A stretch of DNA of 64,000 nucleotides from Antedon mediterranea (Eukaryota; Animalia; Echinodermata): the NCBI RefSeq assembly GCF_964355755.1, contig NC_092673.1, forward strand, positions 3,658,001 through 3,722,000, given 5' to 3'. The translations under genes and the position numbers were made by a program. How positions within the stretch are numbered: the stretch's first letter is position 1; the number at the start of each line of letters is the position of its first letter. Shown here piece after piece: positions 41,001 through 52,984 of the stretch. Under the pieces are notes generated by a model. The model was not told the DNA's origin and ran no database searches. It saw nothing but the letters and a program-made list of their open reading frames with translations.

Positions 41001-44000
41001 TACGTGGGTTTCTATGTACCCACCAGCAAGTATTAACAGCCAGGCGGCATTACATTCATATAGAGCTACAATTATAGACTCAACTACTCAAGATTTTCTT
41101 AGTCCCGAGCCCGAAACTCTCGACGAGGTATGTGGTGTATATTTTAAAGAAAAGGTCCATTTAAAAAGCTATTTACAGTGGAAAAGGAATTAGGCCTATA
41201 CTCTATACTCTTTATCTCTTTACTTCTTTATTTTCTTTTTTCCCCTTTTTTTGTTTGTTTGATTGCTTTTCTTCTTGACGTTTTTCTTAATCAAATATGT
41301 TTTGAAGTATTAATAAAGAATTAAATTAATTAAAATGTTTAGGCCTATATAAATTATTCCGTTCTTTTCCAGGTATTTTACGATGTAACAGAGCGAGAGT
41401 ACTTTAGTATGACTACGGATTTAATGACACAAGAAACTTCATACTATCTGACGGTAAGTGAAATGGTATTTTTTTATTGATCCAAACTTTATCCGATTTC
41501 TATTTAAAAGTCTAATTATTATCCTACACACTTCTTAACTTCGGTTTCTAAATACCTTCCACGATTCTATTTAATGTTACAATGTCCGAAATAGCTTTTA
41601 CGATTATCGAACCGAGTATTGTGGAGTAAGCTTAAGTATCTATGTAGCTTAAGTATCTATATAGCTTAAGTATCTATATAGCTCATGACAAAATTAACGA
41701 TGCCATGTAAGTCGGCTCGTTAATTCGGTTAAGTGTGGCTTAAATTCGACATGTATGGGTTAATGAAATCTAATTTGAGGTGAAAAGTTAACACAATACG
41801 AAAGCCAAATTCAAATTCCATTTTAATAATTTAATATACGGTTACATGTTTAAGATTAATTAATGTTTTTTGAATGCCGAATGTGAATCTATCATATACT
41901 TTATTCGAAATCTAGGATTAGATTTGATATTGGAAACCATGTATTTCAAGGACACTCAGGCTATGCATTATGTTATATATATTATAGCATTTAGATCAAG
42001 ACACAACTTTGCGCTGATTACTAGCTGCATATATGGGAGTATGTTTCCATATAGGTGTTTGATCAGGAAATGACTGGGGTAATAATGTTCAGCGCATTGA
42101 GAGCTTGCTTATATGCGCTATATAAGAATGAACTATTATTATTTATTTATTTTGGAATGTTTCTAAAATTTCAAACTTTGATTGGTGTGACACTTTCTAA
42201 CAAACTCATACAAATCTTGTCTGCTTTATATTTCTTATATTTCTTTCCTAAATATTCCCATTCCTGACAAAAAAAACAAGTTATTTTTCGAAAGCTTGAC
42301 ACTTCCTTCTGGCCGTTTTACTTTGCCATTGTGATAATAGCTTTCTGCTTGTTTAATTGATATGCAGCCCCCACCGAATTGTCTTTTTTTCCCAGTAATT
42401 TGCCTTTGGATATACTTATATTATACACTTATTACGTTACATATACAAACATTGTTTTCTATGAGCGCACAACACCAACCAACTATACATTCCGATCATA
42501 AAGCTCTGTTTACACTGTCAAACTAGTTTGACAAACAAAGTGTGACGTGACAAAATCTGGTAGTGATGTGATGTCATCGTGTCCATATGGGCACATCACA
42601 CTTTTTGTCACATAAAGTTTGATAGTAGATAGAGCTTTAGAGGTAAGATTGACAAAATATGAGTGGAAGCTATATTCTATGGTGGACAAACCATTATTAT
42701 GGTTTGACATTAACATTTAATTCAGCATTATATATTTTCCCTTCGTTTAGGCCTACGGTAACCACTTTTATTTTGTCTTACTATATTCGGATGCTACACG
42801 ATGGTATATTATTAAATCATGTTTTGCCCCGTATTGATTAATTGATTGATTGAAATATATATTTATACTGGGTAACCTCTTCAGTCAAAGACTGGTCTCC
42901 CAGAGAGCCCAGTTATGATCAGTGGCTGTAATGTACTAATACACCGGGATAACCCCCTACTCGTCTCGAAAGATGTACTAGGTTCTTTAGAGTGCGTTTT
43001 ATCCCTGTGTATGGTATATTCTAATCTAATTTAACATTAATCATGACAAGGAAATGAGAAATTCACTTTCTGCAATTACATAATAGCTAATTAAAGATTC
43101 TACATAATTATCCTGTAGTGCATCTGAACTAAAAAATGCATTCATTCTTCAATACACTGCAGTCTGATCCATTACATCAATAATAGAAATCCAATTTAAA
43201 TTGCTGATTAAATACACGATTTATTTTCGTTGTCTTAATGAGATATTTTGATTATTGGCTTTTGAAAAATAGTTGACGATAAGATTTCCTGTTTGGGTAT
43301 ATTCCTCGACTGTCTCCGGGAAATCATATGCCAATATTTATTGGATGTATTGGGTTGTTAGATAAAATAATTGTGGTTGTAATTTTGTTTTTGAGGTGGA
43401 GATCTAACTTTAACCCTCTAAATAAAAATATTAATTATTCGGTTACAATTTATATAGAGAATTCGGCCCATGCTACAATCAGAACCTGGATATATGAATT
43501 TTGAAAAACAACTTCAACCTTGGATTTTCCTTTCATCACCATTTTGCTTTTAGTAAAATTAGTATTGACCTAGAAACTTACTTAGCAGTCCCTATTCAGG
43601 GGTTTTAACTTACTTATTAATCAGCAGGTTTTTTTAATTCCTATTTTGTTTTTGTTTATTTCCAGGTAGTAGCGCAAGCAGACATCAATGAAACACTTCT
43701 AAGAGATAGTATAGAATCAATTGTCTATTTCAATCTCAGTGATTTTCTTATTGAAGAAATCAGTAAGTGTACCTTCTTCTTAAAACAGGTTATCTTGAAT
43801 TCTGGAGAACTCTTTTGAAAATACCCCAGGCATTTCCACCCAAAAAAAAAATGTGTACCTGCAGTTGTGGATGCAGGATTTTTAAATGGAGGGGATAGAG
43901 GAAGGACGTAAAAATGGTGAAATCAAATTGTGAATTGAGTGTCCTAATTGTATTATAATTTGGTTTGGTGGGATTTTCACTGGATCCGCCTATGATATTA

Positions 44001-47000
44001 TTTGTACAAGACCAATTTCCATTTTGGTGAGCCACTTGACAGTGATCCATTTCGCCTTTTGGTTAACCAGTCTTTTGGATTTTTTTTAATCTTTTCTTTT
44101 GCTTTTTGTTATTTTCTTTCTTTTTTTTCCTTCTTCTTCTTCTTTTCTTTTTTTAATGTAATACAATGAAATGGAAAACCTTCTCTCGAATTAGGGTCTA
44201 TGTTAGATGTTCAAAAAAGTCATAAATAGGCTACTGTTCTCAAGTTTATTCATCAGACTAACTTTAATATTAAAATAGTAAAGTAATAATTTAGTAACCG
44301 TTACAATTATTTCTGACGGAGTTTCAAGATGAATAGAGGACTTTTTAAATTTTTAAATAGATACAAATTTCGGACATAAGGACACCACAATTGAGAGTCT
44401 AAGTATATACTACACTTTAGTTATACCAGTTCTCATCGGAGCTATACTGTTTGCTACGGTAGTTATTTTTCTTGGATTTTATACTCGGAGACAAAGAAGA
44501 AAGGAAACAATACCGCAATTTAAGCGGGAACCAGACGATATGTTTATCAAGTCTAAACATGGTAAGTGCGGTTAATAAGCGGTTGTAGGAATCGCTATTT
44601 ATTATTTTAATGGTGTTGTTATGCGCGATTTGAACGATTTGCGCAATTTGAAATTGCGCAATTTGAATTGAAACATGTGTTTCAAATTGCGCAAGCAACG
44701 TATTAAATTGCGCAAGTAATCTGCAAATTGCGCAAGGTTTTTCGACAGATTGTGAAATCATGCACACCCATATTTTTTTAGTAATTTCTAGAATGATTCA
44801 AAATTGAAGATAATATCGCTTTTCCTTACCCTCCCGGGAGCCTCCCTCCCGAATTTTTTTTTCCGAATAAAAAAAATCTCGAATTCCCAATGGTTCTATA
44901 AAATACCATATTCACACATAATATGAGGAGAAGGCATAAATAAATACCAATAGTAATATAATCATTTCAATTCAAATATCAGTACAAATGAGTACAATAA
45001 TAAAAATAACAAACAGTTCGTTTTCAAATTGCGCAAAGGTGTCATATTGCGCAAGAACTATCTATTTACAAATTGTGCAGCGCAATTTGAAATTGCGCAA
45101 GTTGATTGCGCAATTTAATATTGCGCAAGAAAATCCTTGCGCAATTTCAAATTGCGCAAGAATTCTTTGCGCAATTTTAAATTGCGCAAATCGTTCAAAT
45201 CGCGCATAACAGTGTTCCTCTGACTGGGTTTATGGTCTATTGAACATAGTATCTCTAGTCTAGTGTGAAGGGAGTAAGTTAGAAAGAAGTGTCGGGCCAC
45301 TTCGGAACATCACCGTTCCAGTCCAGTAAACCGAACGGGTTTATTCCAATAATTCACCTTCCTTACAATTGAAAATTGTTTCAGAAGGTTGTCCAATCTA
45401 TCTCTAACTATCAAACTAGTGCGACAAAAAAAAGTGTGATATGCTAAAATATGATGTAGACAGAGCTTTAGATTAGTTTCCTTTAGTTTGTGTGTAATTC
45501 TATTTTTCCAATATTTTTCCTGCAGATTACTTTGAATACCGCGAGGTGGACCCACTATTTGCAAAGAAAGAATTCGATCGCGATATGCTAAAGATTGAGG
45601 AGGAGCTCGGAAGTGGTCAATTTGGTGTCGTGTGCAAAGGCTTCGCTTGTGGTATCGATGGTGGAAATGATTACATCCCGGTAGCAGTGAAAAGTTTAAA
45701 AGGTAGGCTTACTTGTATTTTTTCCATAGCCAGATAACTTGCCCCAAGTCTGTGGTTATTTCGAGGCTTTTCGATGTTTAAAAGTACACGTATGAAACGC
45801 CATAAGTGCCAAAATATGTTGGCGTTTCATACGTATAGTACTTTTTTCAGACAAAAATCGAAACGTCGACTGGTGGACTAACATTAAAAAAGACAATAAA
45901 TACAGACTTGGGGCAACAACTTATATTTTCTATTGCCATAGCCAGATATCTAGACTTGCCTCAAGTCTGTGGTTATTTCGAGGCTTTTCGATGTTTTTCA
46001 AGCTCAAGTAGTACACGTATGAAAAGCCATATGTGCCAAAATATCTTTTATTTAACTAATATTAAGTTAAAGCTCCGTCTGGAACCCAGACTACCAGATA
46101 TCATTAAATTGCCTCTAATGTTTTGCAAGATAAACATGGCACTTTCATCACCAGGAAATGCAGTAGAGCGCCTCTTTTGAGACATAGTTTATTCAGTGAA
46201 CACCCGTAATCAGGGGATCGGACTGTATCTCATTTAGACTTGCCCCAAGTCTGTATTTATTCTCTTTTTTATGTTAGTCCACCAGTCGACGTTCCGAATT
46301 TTTTTCTGAAAAAAGCTCAAATACTATATACGCCATATTAGGTGCCAAAATATTTATCTTTTTACTAATATTAAGTCATAACTATATAGGGGCCTACTAT
46401 ATTTCAATAGATAACAGTTTCGGTCCTCTCTCCTTTTTTTTTTGTGTAATGTATTATACCATGGACAATTGTCTGAAATAAAGTTGAATTGAATTGAATT
46501 GAATTAAAGGACCGAGCGGTTTTGACAAACTAACCCACCATTATTCAATAGACACCACCAATTAAGAAGACACTTTATTTGGTTAAAAAACAGTTCTTCA
46601 ATAATAATTTTCAAATTGTTTTCATCAAACATTAGGTCACGTTTCACGTTCAATGAAGGAATACTTTCTTGACGAGATCAGATTGATAATTGATATTGGA
46701 AGCCACCCTAATATACTCGGAATACTAGGATGTTGTACCAGCGATGAGCCATATTACCTTATAACAGAATTCATGCATTACGGAGACTTGTTCCACTTTT
46801 TACTTAAGTGCCGAGAGGTAAGCATTTTTATTTATATAACATATAGTTATAAATATTCATGAACTATAAGGCGTACGCGAAAAAGAGACTTTTATAGACA
46901 CAGTTGCAGGCTTTAATGTATGGCTTATTTTTAATCATTCCGACAGCCACCCGAAAAACGACTAAAACGATTAATTACTTGTCAGATCTATGAAACGCCT

Positions 47001-50000
47001 TAGAGGCATAAACATGTTATTATTCACAAAGTAAGTAAGTTAATTGGTCGTTTAGTATGTTTTATTATCTCCTTAATTTGAATAGTTCGTTTGATTTTGG
47101 CGATGAAAAAATAATACAATATAATAATATGCAATTTACTATGACCTTTAGGCGCGTACTGTTATTTTTACTTCGGAATTCATTTATTAACAACAACTAA
47201 CCAAGTGAATATATAATTTTAAATGCATTCACCAGCCTTTGGTAATCGGGAATTTATTATAAAATAAAAACTATGCATCATATTATGCATTTATTGTCAT
47301 TGTGTGGGTTCGTCCAACTTTTATTTAAATTCTCTGTTATGAATATGTACATTTGTGATGTGTTAAAAATGTCTGTCATTTGTATGGTAGGCCTTCAAAC
47401 AGATTTGTACAGTGTTAAACGTAGTTAAAATAGGCCTACACATATTTACATACGATGATGATTGATTTCAATATTAAACCATATTTATTTTGACACTATA
47501 TACTTTCCCTAAGTCTCTGTTATTGTATTTTTTATTTTGTTAGTAATTCCAGTCGCTTTCGAGTTTTGTTTGTGAACTATCAAGGGTTATACATATGAAA
47601 CGCCATGTGTACCAATATGTTTATATTGTTACTAATATTAAGTCGTTGTCTAGAACCTATAACCATAGAGATATTATAGTGAATATTATAACTATAATAT
47701 CTCTATGCTATAACACAAGCTTACATATAGAAATCTAACGAAACACATTGTGTAATCATCTACATCAAAGCTGAAAAATGTACTAAGCCTGGCAGCCAAA
47801 TAATTCATGACCTAAAGGTAAAACTGTTACATGAGCGACATTATAGATATGTATGTATCGGTATTGCAAAGTATATTATGCACTTACACAATTGAGATCA
47901 GGATGAAAATTGAGTTTTGTCACATTTAAGTAACTGACGCTATTGAAGCCTCTTTCAGATAAGTCTTCGTTAGGAAAGGATTATGTCCCACTCTGTCAAA
48001 TCAAAGATCATTTCAGGGAAATAATACTTAAACGATCTTGAACGTCTAAATATAAATATTATGTATAGCAAACACGCACGATATATAAACAAAATATACA
48101 ACAAAAATATGAGCTGTTTTAAAACAATTCCAAAATAGGTATTGATCCTACAATCAATAAATCGATACAATAATTATATATGAAATATCAAAATATAATG
48201 TTAATGTAAAGTACCAGTGATTATGATTTTATTGTAGAAATGCGTTACACGATATTAATGTCAATGTTATAATGTGCTTGTCTTATTTAAATGTTTTCGT
48301 TTTAAATTTTTAACCCCATTAAATATTTTGACATGAGTTGTAAGACATCTGATCAATAATCAGATTAGGATCTATAGGTTTCCAATATAGCACCATCAAC
48401 TTTCGATATCGATTGATATTCGATTATATAATTACTGATTTCTATTAAATAAAAACACTAATAGGCCTATATTATTAGAAAACAAGAACTAATCTATTAC
48501 ACGTATATAGTAAACATCATATGACAATAAAAGGGGAACGAGTCTACGAAAGACACAAAAAAAGGAACTATTTTACGCAGAAAACTGACTGCAGTTGTCA
48601 GGCTGGCTAAAGAATATATTATACAGTATCAGCAAGAATAAATTCGGTCTACACTATCAAACTAGTTTGACAAAACAATTATGATGTGCCCAAATATGGT
48701 ACTGATATACCCAAATATGGTAGTGGTATGACATCATCGTGTTCATAATAGGCACATCACATTTTTCTGTCACATAAAGTTTGATAGTGTAGACAGAGCT
48801 TTGCATTTCGTGTTATTGCCTATGGCATATATTATACGGTGTAACCGTACATCTAGTTCGTGTGTATATTACAGGTTTGACGCAGCATTGTTATTTTAAA
48901 ATCCCAAATTAGACCTATACCATACAATAATGATTGATTAAAGTGTCAACAAATACGTTATGTACGTAGGCGTATTTTTAGCTGGTCTTAACAGAAATAA
49001 TTGATTTGATTTTACAGGCAAAATACGCCCTAGAAGATCCTATATTTCATTTGGTTTATCAAAACCAAGTACAGATTGCTCGACAGATTGCTCGTGGCAT
49101 GGTAAGCAAGCCAAATCCTCCATTCTAAGCCTTTTCAATGTGATGTGTCAGTTCACGATATGATTGATGATGAGATTGAAAATTGTAAGTTGTTTATTTC
49201 TTGCCGACATTGAAAACGGATTTTATTCAAACGTTATATCTGTAATTTTGTACGAAACGTACGATTAATAGCTGGCTATGAGTATCCCCTACATAATATT
49301 CTGTGCGCGCATAAGCCGTATCATTTTTATCACAGTTTCAACGCACGCGTAACGTATAAAGACCAATTTACACAGACGAACGATAATAAAAGTATAGGCT
49401 AGAATCTATTCTTTATGACCATATACACACAACGCGGAGTGTGGACGGGCGGTTTCCGCTCAGGTCGGATAAATACAGATTCTACGTGGGACAAGCTACG
49501 TGGTTCTTTGCTTACTGTTACCGCTTTCGTCTGTGTAAATTGGCCTTATATTAACACTTCATCGCATCTCTACATGATAAATTAAATTTATGGATAGGGC
49601 CTAATCATTTTATAATTACTACAGGATTACTTGTCAAGCACACGATACTACCATGGAGATCTTGCAGCAAGGAACATCCTAGTTGACAAGGGTCTAACAA
49701 TAAAAATTTCAGATTTTGGCTTAGCGGATGACATCTACCAGAGCGACTACAAACATCTTGCACCGGATCGCAAGAGGCCTATAAAGTGGGTCAGTTTGGA
49801 GACAAACTTGCAGGGAATATGTACTATTCAAAGTGACGTGTAAGTTAATAATTTGCCATTCAAAATATTTGGGAAAATGCATATGTCGTCACCAAAGTAA
49901 CCCGGATGCACGACCCGGGTTGTTGTAGTGGTCAATTTTAAATTTACTAGAATTGATATTTCATTCGAATCACAGATCGTTAAACGCAAGGTTCCCCGCA

Positions 50001-52084
50001 TACATAGGCAAACCTCATAATGAATTGTGAGCAGAGAGCGACAGATCGGATGATCTTTCGCGCCTTCGAATCATATTACTTGGTGGGGGGGGGGGGGCGC
50101 TTACATCCTTGCGTTACGTACAAGTGGAAACATCTGATTACGTGATCTTAAATCACGTACCGGTAATCAGTTGCTTACTTTCCAAACTTTCAACAAAAAT
50201 TAATAACAATGCTGAAAACCCGAAATTATATTTTTGATCAAGCCTTCTTTCAATGTCACTTTGTCATATTATATATCACCTTTTATTTTGTTACCATGAC
50301 ATTGAAAGTAAATAAATGTTTAAATGCAAGTTAAATGCAAGATTCCCACTAGCGACGCAACGCAAGGACGTAACGCAACGCAAGTGAATTGACCAATCAC
50401 AAGCGATGGCTTATTCGCTTGTGATTGCTAACTGTCTATAACTTCGCTTGTCATTGGTTAAAACGCTTGCGTTGCGTTTACGTCCTTGCGTTACGTTCTA
50501 GTGGGAACCAAGCTTAAGACAGGTGTCAGAAAAAGTAACACAATATAACAACACACAAAATATAAGATATACAGTATACTTTACGTAGCAATGTGATTAT
50601 TTATTATTTTATATATTATTTATTATTAAGTGATTTTTAAAATAGCACGTTTATCTATCAATATGTTGCAGGTGGTCTTTTGGCATTGTTCTGTACGAGA
50701 TATCAACTCTGGGAGAAATGCCATATACAGGTATGCAGTCCATTGAAGTTGTCGAGAAACTAAAGGAAGGCTATAGAATGGAACAACCAGAAAATTGTTC
50801 CAATGAATGGTACGTTTCACACTATTGTTATGGATGATTTAATATCATTGTCTAATATTCCCAGGGAACATTTTCTCCATGCTACAAATGCTAAAAAAAC
50901 TAAAGTATTGCTATCTAAATTCAGTACAACCTATGTTCCCTATCTCAGACTTCTTATCGTGTAATAACCACATTTTTCTGTCTGATCCCGCTATTCGTTT
51001 GGTTGGAATATTTTAACAACATAGGCCTAAAATATGGGCCTTGGTTAATAAGTGACATGTTACTCAATCCCTTAGCCGCTAGCCTCCTAGCATTCTCGAT
51101 TTAATGCATTCTCTTTTTCTCACAGGTACCAAATGATGCTGGAATGTTGGGCAGCAACCCCATCACGAAGGCCTAAGTTCAGTGAGCTGTTTAGTCGATT
51201 GGACACAATGCTCGGAGAGGATGCAGTTGATTACCTGTTACCTTTAGATGGAGATACACAACCAATATTAGAAGACGACCTAGCTCTTGGTACTAGTGCA
51301 AAAAGCTATACACCAGTATCAGAAGATGTGACAACGGGTTATGAAGGATTTGAGGGTCACCTATCAGAAGGAACCATTGGAAAGGTATGCAGACATTCTT
51401 GATAGAACCCTCTCCATATTATCAAACGTCCACAATCCGATGGTTATTCGTCTTAAAGCGTGGTTCCCACTAGAGACGCAATGCAAGGGACGTACGCGCA
51501 ACGCGAGCGAGTTGACCAATGGCAAGCCACTGCTCGAATAATCTATCGCTTGACATTGGTCAAATCACATCGTTGCGTTACGTCCTTACGTTGCGTTACG
51601 TCGCTAGTGGGAACCAAGCTTTAAGGAGCGCGTTGCAGTGGCTATCATAAATCCCGGCTCAATTCCCTGACCACTCAGCTGTATATATAAGTACCTGGTT
51701 AAAAATACTACCCTAATTCATAATGCCGAGACAATATGCTCCTAACAGCTCATTCCCCTACATTCAGAATGAATACGGGACTGACTTTTACCTATATAAA
51801 GTGACCTAACTAATTCCATTGGTTCACATCCGTAAGTTAGTATCCTACCTTTTAATGTTGTATGTTAGCCTTCATTTTGTTTTAATATATAATATAACTC
51901 TATCTGTGCGAATAACATTTAGGCCTAAAAATACAATTCTCATTAATACACAGTAAAATCAAATTTGTTTTATATTATGTAGTAATGTTAATGACATGTT
52001 ATTTTTCAGAGCGTGTCTACAGATAATATGGTGAAAGCTGTTGGCGCTGATTCGGCATTTTATGAAGACATTGGATACACGTAA
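29044..52084 (+). CDS. Receptor tyrosine kinase, about 732 aa: signal peptide, two FN3-like segments, TM helix, tyrosine kinase domain with HGD catalytic loop
   Basis: 17 phase-compatible exons: 29044-29131 (MKFQRLGIVFFVTLFMNRIQAQCP), 30438-30575, 32051-32145, 32632-32685, 39460-39532, 40013-40057, 40931-41127, 41373-41453, 43666-43762, 44361-44561 (TM LVIPVLIGAILFATVVIFLGFY-TRRQRRK), 45526-45702 (LGSGQFGVV, VAVKSLK), 46636-46817, 49018-49101, 49625-49839 (HGDLAARN, DFG, RPIKW), 50672-50809 (WSFGIVLYEI), 51126-51384 (CW...RPKF), 52010-52084. Kinase exons are secure; ectodomain exons are inferred from frame and splice consistency. Confidence 0.85.
31295..31745. repeat. 14-bp CpG-rich minisatellite, about 32 copies
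   Basis: Unit CCGATATTGCGT(G/C)T; explains ORFs 31284-31801. Confidence 0.93.
32900..33341 (+). repeat. 5' LTR (442 bp)
   Basis: TGTAATAAATTACC...GTTCGTGACA; by eye differs from the 3' LTR by one substitution and one 6-bp indel; TATAAA near 33101. Confidence 0.95.
33347..33359 (+). other. Primer binding site, probably tRNA-Leu
   Basis: TGGTGGCAGCGGT, 5 nt after the 5' LTR, complementary to the 3' end ACCGCUGCCA-CCA of metazoan tRNA-Leu(AAG/UAG) as I recall it. Confidence 0.8.
33678..38174 (+). CDS. Gag-Pol polyprotein: SCAN-like capsid, CCHC knuckle, protease, integrase, RT, RNase H
   Basis: EETYRQRFR..ILEQL..IWVKEHKP (SCAN-like); CRRCKKVGHIERFC; LIDSGC; integrase HHCC (SHDIPLAGH..CENC), catalytic D-D-E (MDIVGP, TDQGSNF, VERFN) and WQGPY; RT YMDD; RNase H TDAS..EKE..TDH..ADGLS. 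Order is PR-IN-RT-RH. Confidence 0.97.
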   Translation: MADKQSTTRSGREYSGGDESDSEVESVQSLQPEQQAEESVPTSGHNPTGADSSSKDVLLLMQQQMQQQNLMMQQQMQQQNLMMQQMMEQRKEDMEKQERLRRDDIEKQQALVMALMDKQKDSEEKRLKDIMRLKEVQIAKLSDSDDIENYLTTFERIANTYEWRKEHWVVKLIPHLTGKARAAYASLPVTESNQYDIVKKAILQRYDITEETYRQRFRSIKKKSEESYREVYVRLKDLFTKWARPADKSKDDLAETVILEQLIDIMPTGVQIWVKEHKPDSGLNAAELADNYFQARKGTGIDFEKKFQNRKHENRNNQEKTVKGTPEVDSKGNNNPPDNFHKSQSDARQPLVCRRCKKVGHIERFCRSKDGFLSTKTDTVSKPCTPYICRGLVEGCDCEILIDSGCDMTLVHSDLVAAKKINRAEQAKITCRCVHDHVQAYPTAFVNIKVNNEDHNLLVGVCSDLPRDVILGRDFPKFGDLLRKGNKNHDRHSFVATRDHARKEKLREENELNSEKGSGVISRQLDDVVNFQEEFGHLDDQLLSDNPPKETVHKTRSEKRKVRKEFAKTKEAQAQSSQDSELDILDIGRDKINDYQVKDRTLISLREQMLVQKDDDTIKIVCKDGILFRQVFTKHQTEPIEQLVVPYPCRNSVLKVSHDIPLAGHLGRKKTLDRIKQRFFWPGIRKDVTEYCNTCENCQKTSKYKTKLKAPMIPMPIISEPFRRIAMDIVGPLARSKTGNKYVLVICDYATRYPEAIPLRSIEAPKIADELIKLFSRVGVPTEILTDQGSNFTSKLLSQVYNLLSIKGLTTSPYHPQTDGLVERFNGTLKAMIRKFVQDDPREWDKLLPYLLFAYREVPQESTGFSPFELLYGWKVRGPLDIMKEMWTGTVTGPQSVVSHVVKMRDRLTSMKDLVQENIELSQTRQKQKYDQKSVCREFSPGDEVLLLLPSSNDALEAKWQGPYKVLRKLGPVNYEVETNDKRKKSKVYHINLLKQFHRRTIEVMLAINDVTGRDEGQDKDISWSNISSSNLTLDSGEGLDESQLSDLAEVFSEFDSVLQDKPGKTTVIKHDIEMNLGVHPVRLRAYPIPQAKLGKVKEEIESMLELGVIEESHSPWSSPYIMVPKPDGTARFCVNYKKVNSLSKFDAYPMPRIDEIIGRVGPAKFITKLDLCKGYWQVPLTERSKPYTAFSTPMGLYQFKYLPFGLHGAPATFQRMMDQLLRKKAAAYMDDLVIFSPDWESHIHHLRDIFRTLKQANLTVKPAKCSFAHSKVHYLGYVVGEGMIRPQKTKVEAVVQWEKPKTKKDVKSFLGLTGYYRKFIPNYADIAAPLTDLTGKKHPDKIKWTPECEDALVKLKQALCSDPVLRNPDFNAEFILQTDASDRGLGAVLSQLGPDGTDHPVLYLSRKMFPREQNYATIEKECLAIKWAVESLRYYLLGRKFKIVTDHQPLKWLVEMKETNKRLTRWSLDLQPYCFTVVHRRGISNGNADGLSRKPLT
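38395..38842 (+). repeat. 3' LTR (448 bp)
   Basis: Direct repeat of 32900-33341, preceded by the PPT and followed by the TSD GTAAT. Confidence 0.95.
40483..40848 (+). mobile_element. 5'-truncated LINE (L2/CR1 group) 3' end
   Basis: Peptide YKAQHKLTAGYLSEL..YLRS...LLVVPRT...GQRAFGVAAPTLWNFLP..IRQC.SLNLFKTQLKTFLF is typical of the L2/CR1 ORF2 C-terminus; followed by a 3'UTR and (TTA)n tail. The tail motif recurs near 42091-42145. Confidence 0.85.
42502..42636. mobile_element. MITE family 1 copy
   Basis: AGCTCTGTTTACACTGTCAAAC...GTTTGATAGTAGATAGAGCT. Confidence 0.8.
42841..42996 (-). mobile_element. 3' half of the tRNA-derived SINE family seen at 62613
   Basis: Reverse complement matches about 62775-62927, including the CAAT-repeat tail. 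Confidence 0.8.
44617..45211. mobile_element. Non-autonomous TIR DNA transposon with TGT...ACA ends and 4-bp TSD (Ginger-like)
   Basis: TIR TGTTATGCGCGATTTGAACGATTTGCGCAATTT..AAATTGCGCAA; GTGT on both flanks (44613-44616 and 45212-45215); about 14 TTGCGCAA motifs in the subterminal regions. Confidence 0.8.
45737..46380. mobile_element. Cluster of a further dispersed hairpin repeat
   Basis: ACTTGCCCCAAGTCTG...CAGACTTGGGGCAA foldback (45737-45916) plus copies at about 45953 and 46237; the motif GTATGAAACGCCATATGTGCCAAAAT recurs near 47595, 55151 and (reverse) 61243-61350. Confidence 0.7.
48647..48800. mobile_element. MITE family 1 copy
   Basis: GTCTACACTATCAAAC...GTTTGATAGTGTAGACAGAGCT. Confidence 0.8.
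49360..49546. mobile_element. Small TIR element (MITE)
   Basis: AGACCAATTTACACAGACGAA...TTCGTCTGTGTAAATTGGCCT. Confidence 0.7.
50341..50513. mobile_element. MITE family 2 (subtype A) copy
   Basis: Nearly identical to 21177-21354. Other copies at about 51457-51620, 61935-62113 and 63512-63709 (subtype B). Confidence 0.85.
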
Positions 52085-52984
52085 TGCCAAATTTAATTTT
52101 AATGTAACAGTGGAATGACGTCACGTCTCAACATATTTAATGCGACGAATGCGCTACGGGTACTGTACTACGACATTGGTGCGATGTGCATATGTAGACG
52201 TAGTGGAGAAGAACACAGGGCGATGTTACGAAAACCTTACTAAAGTCGGTTTACTCGACCAAATGGGTTGTATATAATAAACATATTGCATTCTGTTGTC
52301 GCGTTCTCACTCAATGTTGCGATGTTGACATCACTGTCCCTCCCTTGGGTAATCTTCACTTGTAAAAATTAAATGCTTTTAATAAGGTCACAGCAATGAA
52401 ATTTACGAATAATGTTACAATCCAATAAATATAGTCTACTTATTGCCAACAAATCAAGATTAAATGCAGTGTCTTTATGTTATAACGAGTATAGGGAACT
52501 TTTGTGATATTTTATTGTTCTGTACATATAGCCTAAATGGTGAAAACGATAAATTTGTCTATTTTTGCTAAAAGTGTTATTTATTCACTTTACAATCAGG
52601 GATTTGATAATTTAAATACTGCGCAACTCTCGAAATTTAAATAAATTAAATGTATATATACGTATTACCTGTACAATATGCGTATTAAGAATAATAAAGT
52701 ACTGGATGTCTGTACATAAATTTCTGATAAATATTTATTTTACTAGTTGGTATAAGCAAGTACAGTTATAAGTCAATTGGTAAAAGTGCCGATTTGTATA
52801 GTTGGTGTTGTGTGACTTCTTATGGACGAGGACTGTTTAAAGCACTTTGGTTGGTCCTATCATTGATCAAGGGCTTCTCTCGTCTAGTAAGCACCTTAAC
52901 CAGAGGAGAGGCATGGTCCAATACGTCTGAGGTAGGTACTAGATGCAGGGGCTGCCGTAAGAGTCAGCAATACGGATTTCTAAT

